Of a stretch of 64,000 nt of DNA, positions 1-8,830 are shown piece after piece; the stretch's first letter is position 1, and every line of letters begins with the position of its first letter. Made by a program: the position numbers and the translations under genes. The DNA is from a bacterium (lineage in GTDB: Bacteria > UBP6 > UBA1177): positions 2,716-66,715 of the forward strand of contig JAFYIZ010000026.1 of assembly GCA_017538365.1 (NCBI GenBank). The letters are read 5' to 3'. The notes under the pieces are model-generated. The model did not search any database. It was not told the DNA's origin and saw nothing but the letters and a program-made list of their open reading frames with translations.

Positions 1-1491
1 TGCACAAATTTGCCTGAGAATGCTGAATGGAACACTGTTGTAAAAATAACCCAAACTTGGAATGGTGAAGAATATATTCCTTCCAATGAAGGCACTTTCA
101 ACGAAGAAGCAAGTACAACAGAATGCAGATTTAAATGTATATCTGGAACTGAATGGACAGGCTCATCATGCATTACATCTCTTACATGGTCTAAAAAGGC
201 TGATGCTATCTACACTTGGGAAGAAGCTCTTTCATACTGCGACAATTTGACTGAAAGTGGTTACACTGATTGGCGATTACCAAATATAGATGAGCTTATG
301 ACACTTTTGATAAATGTGGATCGAGTGCTGAACAACTGCCAGGTAAGCGAAGCAAATGACTGCCTGTCTTGGAATGATTGTTGGAGTTGCTCGACATGTA
401 CAGAGACGGGCACTCAGTCGTCAAACGGAACAAGCTGTGATGATTGGAGTACATATTATTATGAGGACGGTCGTTATAGCAAATTAGGAGACGCAGGCTG
501 GTTTTGCTCTTCCTCTGTTGTGTCAGATGATTCAGATTATGCATGGTGTGTGGATTTCACTGATGTTATAGTGGAGAAAAGTGATAAGCACTATTCAGCT
601 TCTGTCCGTTGTGTGAAGTTCAAGAGTGATAGCGATACAGACACAGAACCGGTTCAAACAAATCCGTGCGATTCAAATCCGTGCAGTAGCGTCGCAAATT
701 CAACTGGTTCTTGCACAGTAATTGATGAAACAGATTTCCACATGATGCATGATTATTCCTGCGGCTGTAATGAACACTACAATTGGAACGACTCAACTTT
801 GAAATGCGAACCTGAAACACAGACTTTCTACTGCGCTGACAAGCCTGAAAATTCAACCTGGAACAGCGTTTCATCATACACTCAGACTTGGGATGGAACA
901 GGTTGGAGTCCTACGGCAAGCACCACCTCCTACAATGAAACAGCAAGTTCGACAGAATGCAGATTTAAGTGCAATTCTGGATATGAATGGGATGAAACAA
1001 AATGCAAATTGAAAGAACTTCCTGAATGCAGCTCTGAAAGTACGATTCCTTGTAAGGATTCATCTACAAGTCTTATGTGGTCTAGTGCCAACACAAGCGG
1101 CAAAGATTGGGATTCTGCCGTTGATTACTGCTCCAATCTCAATGAAGAAGGCTATCATGACTGGCATTTGCCGACAATAGATGAACTGAGAACATTGATT
1201 CAGAATTGTCCAAACACCGAAACAGGTGGACCATGTAAAGTCACAAATAGTTGTTTATCCAGCAGTTGCAGGAATGATGATTATTGCAACGGATGTGGAG
1301 TGCATAATGATGGGAGTTTAAGCAAATTAGGCAATAGTGATTTACCATCTTACGGAGATCCCCGTTTTTGGTCTTCTTCTGTAAATTCAGGTAATACAAA
1401 TTCTGCTTGGGAAATAGTTTTCTCACATGCAAATATTAATTCTTACAGCAAGACTGAAAAAAAATATGTCAGATGTGTGAGAAAATATTAA
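1..1491 (+). CDS. DUF1566 (Lcl C-terminal-like) domain protein with Cys-rich and EGF-like modules; 5' end cut by the window edge
   Basis: Frame 1 is open from base 1 (CTNLPENAEW...), so the TTG at 10 is internal. Two DUF1566-type signatures (YTDWRLPNIDELMTLL, YHDWHLPTIDELRTLI), each domain ending in VRCV. Cys modules of the form C..LPENAEW...TQTW.G...CRFKC..G.EW are the same type as in the 45680-50620 gene. One EGF-like NPCDSNPC..GSC..YSCGC module. Confidence 0.8.
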   Translation, partial: CTNLPENAEWNTVVKITQTWNGEEYIPSNEGTFNEEASTTECRFKCISGTEWTGSSCITSLTWSKKADAIYTWEEALSYCDNLTESGYTDWRLPNIDELMTLLINVDRVLNNCQVSEANDCLSWNDCWSCSTCTETGTQSSNGTSCDDWSTYYYEDGRYSKLGDAGWFCSSSVVSDDSDYAWCVDFTDVIVEKSDKHYSASVRCVKFKSDSDTDTEPVQTNPCDSNPCSSVANSTGSCTVIDETDFHMMHDYSCGCNEHYNWNDSTLKCEPETQTFYCADKPENSTWNSVSSYTQTWDGTGWSPTASTTSYNETASSTECRFKCNSGYEWDETKCKLKELPECSSESTIPCKDSSTSLMWSSANTSGKDWDSAVDYCSNLNEEGYHDWHLPTIDELRTLIQNCPNTETGGPCKVTNSCLSSSCRNDDYCNGCGVHNDGSLSKLGNSDLPSYGDPRFWSSSVNSGNTNSAWEIVFSHANINSYSKTEKKYVRCVRKY

Positions 1492-1502
1492 AGAGAAGCA
1501 AC

Positions 1503-2468
1503 ATGGCACGCAAGAAGATCAAAACCATTATAAAGCGCAAGATTCGCCCTTTTTCGCTCAACGAAAAAGATAAGACTCTCATTGATCAACTGGAAAGAAA
1601 ATATTCTTATGAGTTGATTTTAGAAAGTATTGATGCCGGTGTGAATCAATATTTCAGCTATGACGAGTCAGGGCAATTAACTAAAGAATCTGTAGAAACT
1701 TTTTTGAGCATGCTGGGAGGTATTCTTAATAACAAGTCACAAACTCCTATAGAACAAGCAATTCGCCACATAAAAAACAAGGGGAAAAAGATTATTCACG
1801 ATTGGAATGCCCAAAAAGCCGATGAAGCGTTACACCTTTATGTCGAAGGATTAAAAGCATTAAAATATTCTGAAGAACAAATAGAGGACGAATTAAGGGG
1901 TGAAACTTTCCGTCTGACAACATATGCTAAAGATTGGTCTACTTGGTCAAGGACAATTAAAGACTGGCTTCTTGATATTAAGGACTTATTAGAAAAAGAC
2001 AATACGACCTTTAATCAATCAGGAACAATTTTACCTGAAGAACTTTTTGCCGATCTTTCCTTAAATATCGTTTCATTGTGCAAGCAAATTAACGCAAGTT
2101 ATGAAAACAATCTCTATGATTGTACAGCTGTGATGATGCGTCGTTTGTTAGAAGTGCTTCTTATTTTATCCTATCAAAATTTTGGAGTTGAATCTGAAAT
2201 AATAGAGGCAGAAAATCATCATTATTTGAAACTTGATAAGATAATTAAAAATGCTAAAAACAATTCAAAATTATCTCTCTCAGCAGGTACAAAATCAGAT
2301 ATGATCATTTTTAAAGATTTAGGCAACTTGTCGGCGCATAAGATTTGGTATCATTGCACTCGAGGAGATATAAAACCCAACATTACGAAGTACCGAGTTA
2401 TTATTGAAGAATTACTGTATAAATCTGGAATGAGAACAAAATCAAGTGAGCAAAATGAAGCACTGTAA
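1503..2468 (+). CDS. hypothetical protein with C-terminal DUF4145/HEPN-like region
   Basis: ATG at 1503 (MARKKIKT) lies just after the upstream stop; the alternative ATG at 1473 overlaps the upstream gene. The C-terminal block RRLLEVLLILSYQ...FKDLGNLSAHK resembles the conserved helix pair with GN..AH of DUF4145 (recalled from memory, not searched). Confidence 0.6.
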   Translation: MARKKIKTIIKRKIRPFSLNEKDKTLIDQLERKYSYELILESIDAGVNQYFSYDESGQLTKESVETFLSMLGGILNNKSQTPIEQAIRHIKNKGKKIIHDWNAQKADEALHLYVEGLKALKYSEEQIEDELRGETFRLTTYAKDWSTWSRTIKDWLLDIKDLLEKDNTTFNQSGTILPEELFADLSLNIVSLCKQINASYENNLYDCTAVMMRRLLEVLLILSYQNFGVESEIIEAENHHYLKLDKIIKNAKNNSKLSLSAGTKSDMIIFKDLGNLSAHKIWYHCTRGDIKPNITKYRVIIEELLYKSGMRTKSSEQNEAL

Positions 2469-2513
2469 CACTTGTCGACCATACAAACAGAATCGAAATT
2501 TATCCTATATCTC

Positions 2514-2573
2514 AGAAACGCTGATTAGCGCACAATTTCACAAAACAACTTCTTGATTTTTCGAGAGATTTTC
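2514..2573. repeat. 60-bp direct repeat, copy 1 (partner at 3642-3701)
   Basis: agaaacgctgattagcgcacaatttcacaaaacaa + 3 nt + cttgatttttcgagagattttc. By eye 56 of 60 positions are identical to the copy at 3642-3701, in the same orientation. Confidence 0.85.
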
Positions 2574-2583
2574 TTTTTTTCCA

Positions 2584-3501
2584 TCACATTTTTTCCAGCA
2601 AGGATTCAGTATTGATTTCCATCCGACTGAAAGCGAACCACTTCTTTCCCAAGTCTTTCAGAGAGGCGCCGATGTGATAGACTGTGTCGTCAATACACAG
2701 AAACCGGTCATGGGAATGTGTAAAGACATGAATCGGTATCGGCGTATATTGGCTGTCGTGCCGCTGAATATCAAGCTGCAGCTGGGCATTCGGCGAATGT
2801 GTGTAGATTTCTGCCATGACTCCGCTTCCGCGCTTGTCGAGCAAAGTCAGTACGCTTTCATCAATGTAGTTGTCAATCAGAATGATTTTATTTGTGGCAG
2901 TGCGGATCAAATCACTTATGAAAGAATACGCATCAAAAACTTGACCGTCAAAGAATATGCCCTGTGACGACGGCAAATGATTTTCTATTCTATTGAAAAT
3001 TTCATCTATCTTTTTGTCAGTTGTCAGCTGATGTTGTTCAAGAAGTTCCAGCCGCTGGAATACTGCGGCGTTGGCAATCAGAAAACGACGCATGTTCACG
3101 AAAGCGTTCATTATCTTTATGCTGACCTCTATCGCTGTAGGAGTATGCAGCACTGATGACAGCTGGGCGATTCCCTGTTCTGTAAACACGTATGGCAGGG
3201 AAGGATTAAACTTCAATGTTTTTAGGTTATCGCAATTTGCGATAACCTCATCACGTTCAATTTCGCTTAGCTGAAATCTGAAAGATAAAGGAAAACGTTC
3301 TATGTTTCGTTTTACCTGTTCGTTCAATCTGCCTGTAGAAACGCCGTATAGTTGCGCCAGATCCCTATCCAGCATGACTTGTATTCCGCGAACATTAAAG
3401 ATCAGATTCTCGATTTTTGTGGAAGCTACAAGGCTTTGTTCGGTATATTTCTCCTCTTTGGTTTTTGATTTCTGTTGAACTTTTATAATCTCACCTTCCA
3501 T
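2584..3501 (-). CDS. ORF6N (KilA-N-related) DNA-binding domain protein
   Basis: N-terminal IFNVRGIQVMLDRDLAQLYGVSTGRLNEQVKRNIERFPLSFRFQL matches the ORF6N domain pattern as I recall it. ATG at 3501 (MEGEIIKV) is preferred over the upstream TTG at 3555. Confidence 0.75.
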   Translation of the reverse strand: MEGEIIKVQQKSKTKEEKYTEQSLVASTKIENLIFNVRGIQVMLDRDLAQLYGVSTGRLNEQVKRNIERFPLSFRFQLSEIERDEVIANCDNLKTLKFNPSLPYVFTEQGIAQLSSVLHTPTAIEVSIKIMNAFVNMRRFLIANAAVFQRLELLEQHQLTTDKKIDEIFNRIENHLPSSQGIFFDGQVFDAYSFISDLIRTATNKIILIDNYIDESVLTLLDKRGSGVMAEIYTHSPNAQLQLDIQRHDSQYTPIPIHVFTHSHDRFLCIDDTVYHIGASLKDLGKKWFAFSRMEINTESLLEKM

Positions 3502-3641
3502 TTCAAACCTCAAAGAAAAATTACAGAGAAATAAAATAAATATTTTGGTTAACAAATCAAGTTTTATTTTTATATTACAAGAAATTTATCAAGAATATAT
3601 TTAAAGAAACATCTAAATTATGAGTAGAATTTCAGTTTATT

Positions 3642-3701
3642 AGAAACGCTGATTAGCGCACAATTTCACAAAACAAGGGCTTGATTTTTCAAGAGATTTT
3701 C
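3642..3701. repeat. 60-bp direct repeat, copy 2 (partner at 2514-2573)
   Basis: Same sequence and orientation as 2514-2573. The two copies bracket the ORF6N gene, with copy starts 1128 bp apart. Confidence 0.85.
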
Positions 3702-3822
3702 AAGCAAAACTCTTCTAAAAAATCCAAAAAAGATTTCTTAACAATGGAGAAATCTTATTTTAGGCAAGAATTTCAAATTGGTGCGACAGCGTCGCTCTTT
3801 TTTCAGGACAGCCATCAATTTT

Positions 3823-3914
3823 CGCCAAATTACTGAATGAAAACGCGCCAAATTACATAGTAAAAATTCGTCAAATTATATATCAAAAATGCGCCAAATT
3901 ATAAAATTTGTTGA
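3823..3914 (+). repeat. four iteron-like direct repeats with an exact 23-bp period
   Basis: CGCCAAATTAC at 3823 and 3846, CGTCAAATTAT at 3869, CGCCAAATTAT at 3892. Each is followed by an A-rich tail. They lie in the AT-rich 3556-3997 intergenic region. Confidence 0.8.
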
Positions 3915-4030
3915 TTTTATTGAGGTTTAATCGCAGCTCTGTCGTTTGTTCGGTAAAACCTTTATCTTCTTTCAAGATTGGATAATATACCCCGCTTTTG
4001 GTTTTGCGGTTTATTTATAGCGGATCGAAA

Positions 4031-4576
4031 ATGGCGAACGAAACTGAAAATAAAAAAGAGATAAAGTGGTACGACCTCAAGGCGCAGCTTATAAACATCT
4101 GGAAAAATCTGATCCGTCTCAATGCTGACCCGCACGATATCGCTTTCGGGCTCGCTCTCGGGATCTTCGTCGGATTTCTGCCGATAATGGGAATCCAGAT
4201 GGTGGTCGCCGGGCTTGTCTGCCTTCCTTTCAAACATGCAAACAAACCGGCTGCAGTTGCGGGTGTCTGGATAACGAACCCGCTGACGGTAATTCCGATC
4301 TACGCTTTCATCTACTGGGTGGGAACATTTTTCTATCCGGCCGATCACGTCGTAACGCCAAGCACGATCATGACGAAAATGACGGATGTCCTCAAACTTG
4401 ACGGCTTTATTGCGCAGACTAAAGGCTTTCTTGCACTCGGCGCCGACATTTTTCTTCCGATGTGCATAGGCGGCGCAGTCGTCGGAATTATCGCGATGAT
4501 CCCGACCTACTTCATCACGAAACATTCGATCATCGCTTACCGGAACAAAAAAAAGGCAAAGAAAAATGCAGAATAG
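4031..4576 (+). CDS. DUF2062 family membrane protein
   Basis: DPHDIAFGLALGIFVGFLPIMGIQMVVAGLVCLPFKHANKPAAVAGVWITNPLT is typical of DUF2062. ATG at 4031 (MANETENKK) is preferred over TTG at 3998. Confidence 0.75.
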   Translation: MANETENKKEIKWYDLKAQLINIWKNLIRLNADPHDIAFGLALGIFVGFLPIMGIQMVVAGLVCLPFKHANKPAAVAGVWITNPLTVIPIYAFIYWVGTFFYPADHVVTPSTIMTKMTDVLKLDGFIAQTKGFLALGADIFLPMCIGGAVVGIIAMIPTYFITKHSIIAYRNKKKAKKNAE

Positions 4577-5174
4577 AAACGTCACGGTTTTCGACCTTGA
4601 AACGACAGGACTTTCGCCCGACTGCGGCGACAGAATAACCGAAATCGGCGCGATAAAACTGTGCGGCAACAAACTCTGCGGCGTCTTTCAGACTCTGGTA
4701 AATCCGGGGAGGAAAATTCCTGAAAAAATCGTCGAAATAACAGGAATCACAAATGAAATGGTTGCTGACAAGCCTACGATATCGCAGGTTCTTCCACTTT
4801 TCATGGATTTCGTTCAGGATGACATTATAGCGGCGCACAATGCGAAATTCGACACCTCTTTTCTGCGTTATGAGCTGAAAGAATGCGGCATAAACAAGAA
4901 TTTCGAGATTTACTGCACGCTTCTCGCTTCAAGAAAAGAGGTCAAGACTTCCGCAAATTTCAGACTTTCGACTCTTAAGAACCACTTCAACTTAAAGCCG
5001 ATGGGAGCGATGCACCGCGCACTTTCCGATGCCTACGTCACGGCGCAGCTCTACCTCAAACTCACGAAAAACTGGGGAACCGACACGATGAGCCAGTTTG
5101 AAAAAGAGGTCGAACTCCTCATGGATTCAATGGATGAGGACGATATCTACCTTATTGATCCGAAGATCCGCTGA
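4566..5174 (+). CDS. DnaQ/epsilon-like 3'-5' exonuclease
   Basis: Exo motifs VFDLETTGL (ExoI), IAAHNAKFDTSFL (ExoII) and HRALSDAYVTAQLY (ExoIII epsilon type). Confidence 0.85.
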   Translation: MQNRNVTVFDLETTGLSPDCGDRITEIGAIKLCGNKLCGVFQTLVNPGRKIPEKIVEITGITNEMVADKPTISQVLPLFMDFVQDDIIAAHNAKFDTSFLRYELKECGINKNFEIYCTLLASRKEVKTSANFRLSTLKNHFNLKPMGAMHRALSDAYVTAQLYLKLTKNWGTDTMSQFEKEVELLMDSMDEDDIYLIDPKIR

Positions 5175-7277
5175 TTAAAGAATATCGTAGTAAAGATTTG
5201 ATATTTCCGCCAAAAACCGGCTCGGAAGAGCAGTCGAATTGAGTTTTCCGTACATAAGTTTTATCTGCGGATAAGTGAGTATCAGTCTTGATTTGGCGCG
5301 TGAGCAGGCAACATAAAACAAGCGGCGCTCTTCTTCAAGATCATCTATTTTTGTGATCGATTTTTCGCTCGGAAAGCTCCCTTCGTTGAGGCTTATCACA
5401 AAAACGGTGTCCCACTCAAGCCCTTTAGCGCTGTGGATCGTCGAAAGAACGACTTTGTTGCAGTTTTCTGAAGCATCGGTCGGGATCTTCGACGAACTGA
5501 GCTTTGAATCGGGCGGGTCGAGAGCAAAATCTGTGAGAAAATTTTCAAGTCTGCTGTATTTTGATGCAAGCTGGATGAGAGTGGGAAAATCCTTCAGCCT
5601 GTCGTCTGAATCGTCTTCGAGCTCTTCCAAAATCGGCTTATAAAATTCGATAATAATTTCAAGAATTTTGGTTATTTTGAGTTCGTCATTCGATGCCGCT
5701 TCAAGCATATCGCAAAGGCGCACGAGTTCTCCGTAATATTTCTTTTTTGCATGCGCCGATATCGCTTGAGCACCATTTTCGGCAAAACTTTCCGCTATTT
5801 TCGCAGCAGTTGCGGCGCCGATCCCTGGAACAAGCTTGAAAATGCGGTTCAAAGCGACCGAATCTTTCGGATTCTGGATAACTTTCGCATAGCTCAGAAC
5901 ATCCTTTATATGCCGTCTTTCGACAAATTTTATCCCGCCGTAGACCGCGAAATCTATGCCGCGCTTAAGAAGTGAAGCCTGCACGAAATTGGCGTGGAAA
6001 CTCGATCTGTAAAGCACCGCAATCTCCTCAGGCTTTATGCCGTTTTCAAGCAGTTTTTCAATCTCCGACGCGACGAATTCTCCTTCGTCTTCGGCTGCAA
6101 GAAAGCGCTTTACAACTGGCCTCTCCCCCACTCTTTCGATGTTGGAAACGAGTGCTTTTTCGTAGGAAACATAAAAATTTTTGATTATCTCGTTCGTGTA
6201 GGCAAGAAGCGTCCTTTCGGAGCGGTAATTCCTGAAAAGCTTGATGAGACGGGCGTCTTCCCACTTCTGTGGAAAGCGGAGAATGTTCTCAAAATTGGCC
6301 CCGCGGAAAGCGTAAATACTCTGCGAATCATCGCCCACGACCATGATGTTGCGGCTTTTTCCGGCGATAAGATCGGCGATTTTCCCCTGAAAAATGTTGG
6401 TATCCTGATACTCGTCCACCATGACGTACTCGTAGCGGTTCTGTATCTTTTCAAGCACTTCGGGCGCACTTTCAAGAAGCTGCAGAAACTTTTCCAAAAG
6501 ATCGTCGTAGTCGAGCATATTGCGCTCAGCCTTGTATTTTTCATACTCTCCGGCAATCTGTGTTATCGCATCGGCAAATTCGGTGTATTTTGAATAGTAA
6601 TTCTCAATGACCTGCGGAATCGGTTGAACATGGTTTCTCGACCGGCTTATTATCTCGGCGATAGTCCCTTTTTTGGGCATCGCTTTTCCTGTTTTTTTAA
6701 TGTCGAGAGTGTTTTTTATGAGGTCTATCATATCGGCGGAATCGACCGTATCGCATATTGTAAAATTGGGCATGATCCCGATGAAACGCCCGTATCTCCT
6801 GAGCTGGAGGTTTGCAAAACTGTGGAAAGTTCCCGCCGTGATCCTGTCTGCAAGCTCAGATCCGATGAGCTCGTTCACGCGCTTCGTCATCTCTCCGGCA
6901 GCACGCCTCGTGAAAGTGAGAAGAAGTATCGATTCAGGCTTTATCCCCTTCTGAAGCATATATGCCGTGCGGTAAACGATCGTCCGCGTCTTTCCGCTTC
7001 CGGCACCTGCAATGACAAGCACAGGCCCAGTGAGAGCAAAAACAGCGGCACACTGAGCTGCATTGAGCTGAGATTCATAAACTTTTTCGATCTCACCTTT
7101 TTTCAAAGCAGGAACATCAGAAATACGCTCCTCGATGCTCTTTATCACACCTCTGAGCTCGCTGTAACGGGCACGTTCAGAACTGTCCAGCTCAGGAAAT
7201 TCATATTCCTCAGTACCGCCTGTAAATGGAAGTTCTTCTTCAAGTTCGCCGTCATCTGAAACTATGTATCTAGCCAT
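5175..7277 (-). CDS. UvrD/PcrA/Rep-family ATP-dependent DNA helicase
   Basis: Walker A AGAGSGKTRTIVYR, the motif VDEYQDTN, and C-terminal TIHSAKGLEWD...YVACSRAK motifs of SF1 helicases. Confidence 0.9.
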   Translation of the reverse strand: MARYIVSDDGELEEELPFTGGTEEYEFPELDSSERARYSELRGVIKSIEERISDVPALKKGEIEKVYESQLNAAQCAAVFALTGPVLVIAGAGSGKTRTIVYRTAYMLQKGIKPESILLLTFTRRAAGEMTKRVNELIGSELADRITAGTFHSFANLQLRRYGRFIGIMPNFTICDTVDSADMIDLIKNTLDIKKTGKAMPKKGTIAEIISRSRNHVQPIPQVIENYYSKYTEFADAITQIAGEYEKYKAERNMLDYDDLLEKFLQLLESAPEVLEKIQNRYEYVMVDEYQDTNIFQGKIADLIAGKSRNIMVVGDDSQSIYAFRGANFENILRFPQKWEDARLIKLFRNYRSERTLLAYTNEIIKNFYVSYEKALVSNIERVGERPVVKRFLAAEDEGEFVASEIEKLLENGIKPEEIAVLYRSSFHANFVQASLLKRGIDFAVYGGIKFVERRHIKDVLSYAKVIQNPKDSVALNRIFKLVPGIGAATAAKIAESFAENGAQAISAHAKKKYYGELVRLCDMLEAASNDELKITKILEIIIEFYKPILEELEDDSDDRLKDFPTLIQLASKYSRLENFLTDFALDPPDSKLSSSKIPTDASENCNKVVLSTIHSAKGLEWDTVFVISLNEGSFPSEKSITKIDDLEEERRLFYVACSRAKSRLILTYPQIKLMYGKLNSTALPSRFLAEISNLYYDIL

Positions 7278-7423
7278 TTCTCACCCGAAAAATTCAAACC
7301 GCGCTGATATTACGGTTTTTTACAAATCTGGCAACATACAAAGAAAGATTTCCCAAAAAACTTTCAAAATTCGGAAAAAATGCTAATAAAGCGCGTCTTT
7401 TTTGTTGTTTTAAGGAAAAAACC

Positions 7424-8821
7424 ATGAATATGAATCCTAAAGACAAGATCAAAATTCCCGCTCAGATAATGCCGACGCTTGATCCCGGCTTCAGAAGAAG
7501 GACTTTCGACGAAGTTCCGGTGGGTTACGGCGAAGATTCCGCGATTCTCGAGGCATGGCGCTGTCTCGGTTGCAAAAACGCTCCGTGCGTCAAGGGATGT
7601 CCTGTAAATATCGACATTCCGAAGGTGATGCAGCTTACTGCAGAAAGGCGTTTCGTCGAGGCGCTTCAGGTGATCCGTCAGGACAATTCACTTCCCGCTG
7701 TCTGCGGAAGAGTCTGCCCGCAGGAGAGCCAGTGCCAGAAAAACTGCACGATGGGAAGGATAAATTCACCTGTATCCATTGGAAATATCGAGAGATTTCT
7801 GGCAGACAACTTTTCTAACGAGCTGCCGAAACCGAAAATAGATTCTTCTACGGGCAAAAAAATCGCGATCGCGGGAAGCGGCCCCGGCGGTCTTGCGTGT
7901 GCATATCAATCGGCTCTCTACGGCCACAAAGTCACTGTTTTTGAGGCGCTGCATGAACCGGGCGGCGTTCTGGCTTACGGAATTCCGGCGTTCAGATTGC
8001 CGCGAAAGATTGTTGCAGAAGAAATCAAAATCCTTAAAAAATACGGTGTTGAATTCAGGATGAACACAATAATCGGGAAAACAATTTCCGTTGAAGAAAT
8101 TCTCAATGAATTTGATGCGTTATATATCGGAACAGGTGCCGGTGTCCCATCATTTCCGGGAATTCCTGGCGAAGATCTTCCGGGAGTTTATTCGGCAAAC
8201 GAATACCTTACCCGCGCAAATCTGATGCACGCCGGCAAACTCTGGAGCAAGACTCCGATCACAGTCGGAAAAACGACTGTCGTAATCGGCGGCGGAAACG
8301 TTGCGATGGATGCGGCGAGAGTCGCTTTGAGACTCGGCAGCGAGCGCGTCGTCATTGCGTACCGCAGGCTTGAAGCCGACATGCCGGTGCGCCGTGAAGA
8401 GCTTCTGCATGCGAGAGAAGAAGGGATCGAGACGCATTTCCTCATCTCTCCCATCGAAATCATCGAAGGCGACAAAGGACACGTTTCAAACATCGTTTTC
8501 AGAAAAATGCGTGCCGAAGATGACCCTGAAGGCGGCAGAAGCAAGATTTTCGAGACAGACGAAACCTTCACGATGGATTGCGAAGTCGTCATTTTCGCGA
8601 CGGGAACAAGCCCCAACCCGACTTTGACAAGCAACTGCAGAGAACTTGAAGTCAATAAAAAAGGGTGCATCGTAGTCAATCCAGAGACCTGCGCTACGAA
8701 CCTTCCGCACGTTTATGCCGGAGGTGATGCGGTGAGCGGCGCTTCGACTGTAATTTTAGCCATGTCGAACGGAAAGACAGCGGCAAACGCAATAAATGAA
8801 ATGTTAAATAAATCTAAATAG
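7424..8821 (+). CDS. NADPH-dependent glutamate synthase small-subunit-like (GltD / homotetrameric type) Fe-S flavoprotein oxidoreductase
   Basis: N-terminal Cys cluster CLGCKNAPCVKGCP...CGRVCPQESQC, dinucleotide fold IAIAGSGPGGLACA, second Rossmann VVIGGGNVAMDAAR, C-terminal YAGGDAV. Confidence 0.85.
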   Translation: MNMNPKDKIKIPAQIMPTLDPGFRRRTFDEVPVGYGEDSAILEAWRCLGCKNAPCVKGCPVNIDIPKVMQLTAERRFVEALQVIRQDNSLPAVCGRVCPQESQCQKNCTMGRINSPVSIGNIERFLADNFSNELPKPKIDSSTGKKIAIAGSGPGGLACAYQSALYGHKVTVFEALHEPGGVLAYGIPAFRLPRKIVAEEIKILKKYGVEFRMNTIIGKTISVEEILNEFDALYIGTGAGVPSFPGIPGEDLPGVYSANEYLTRANLMHAGKLWSKTPITVGKTTVVIGGGNVAMDAARVALRLGSERVVIAYRRLEADMPVRREELLHAREEGIETHFLISPIEIIEGDKGHVSNIVFRKMRAEDDPEGGRSKIFETDETFTMDCEVVIFATGTSPNPTLTSNCRELEVNKKGCIVVNPETCATNLPHVYAGGDAVSGASTVILAMSNGKTAANAINEMLNKSK

Positions 8822-8830
8822 TTAAAAAAC

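Noticed and set aside
3783-3805. GCGAC-agc-GTCGC hairpin followed by TCTTTTTTC as a plus-strand terminator
   Set aside because: The stem is only 5 bp, and no plus-strand gene or recognisable RNA ends there. It is noted as a possible small-RNA 3' end, but the evidence is too weak to call.
3962-4672. 236-aa minus-strand ORF opposite the DUF2062 gene
   Set aside because: It is antisense to a gene with a clear family signature, and it has no motifs and an implausible composition.
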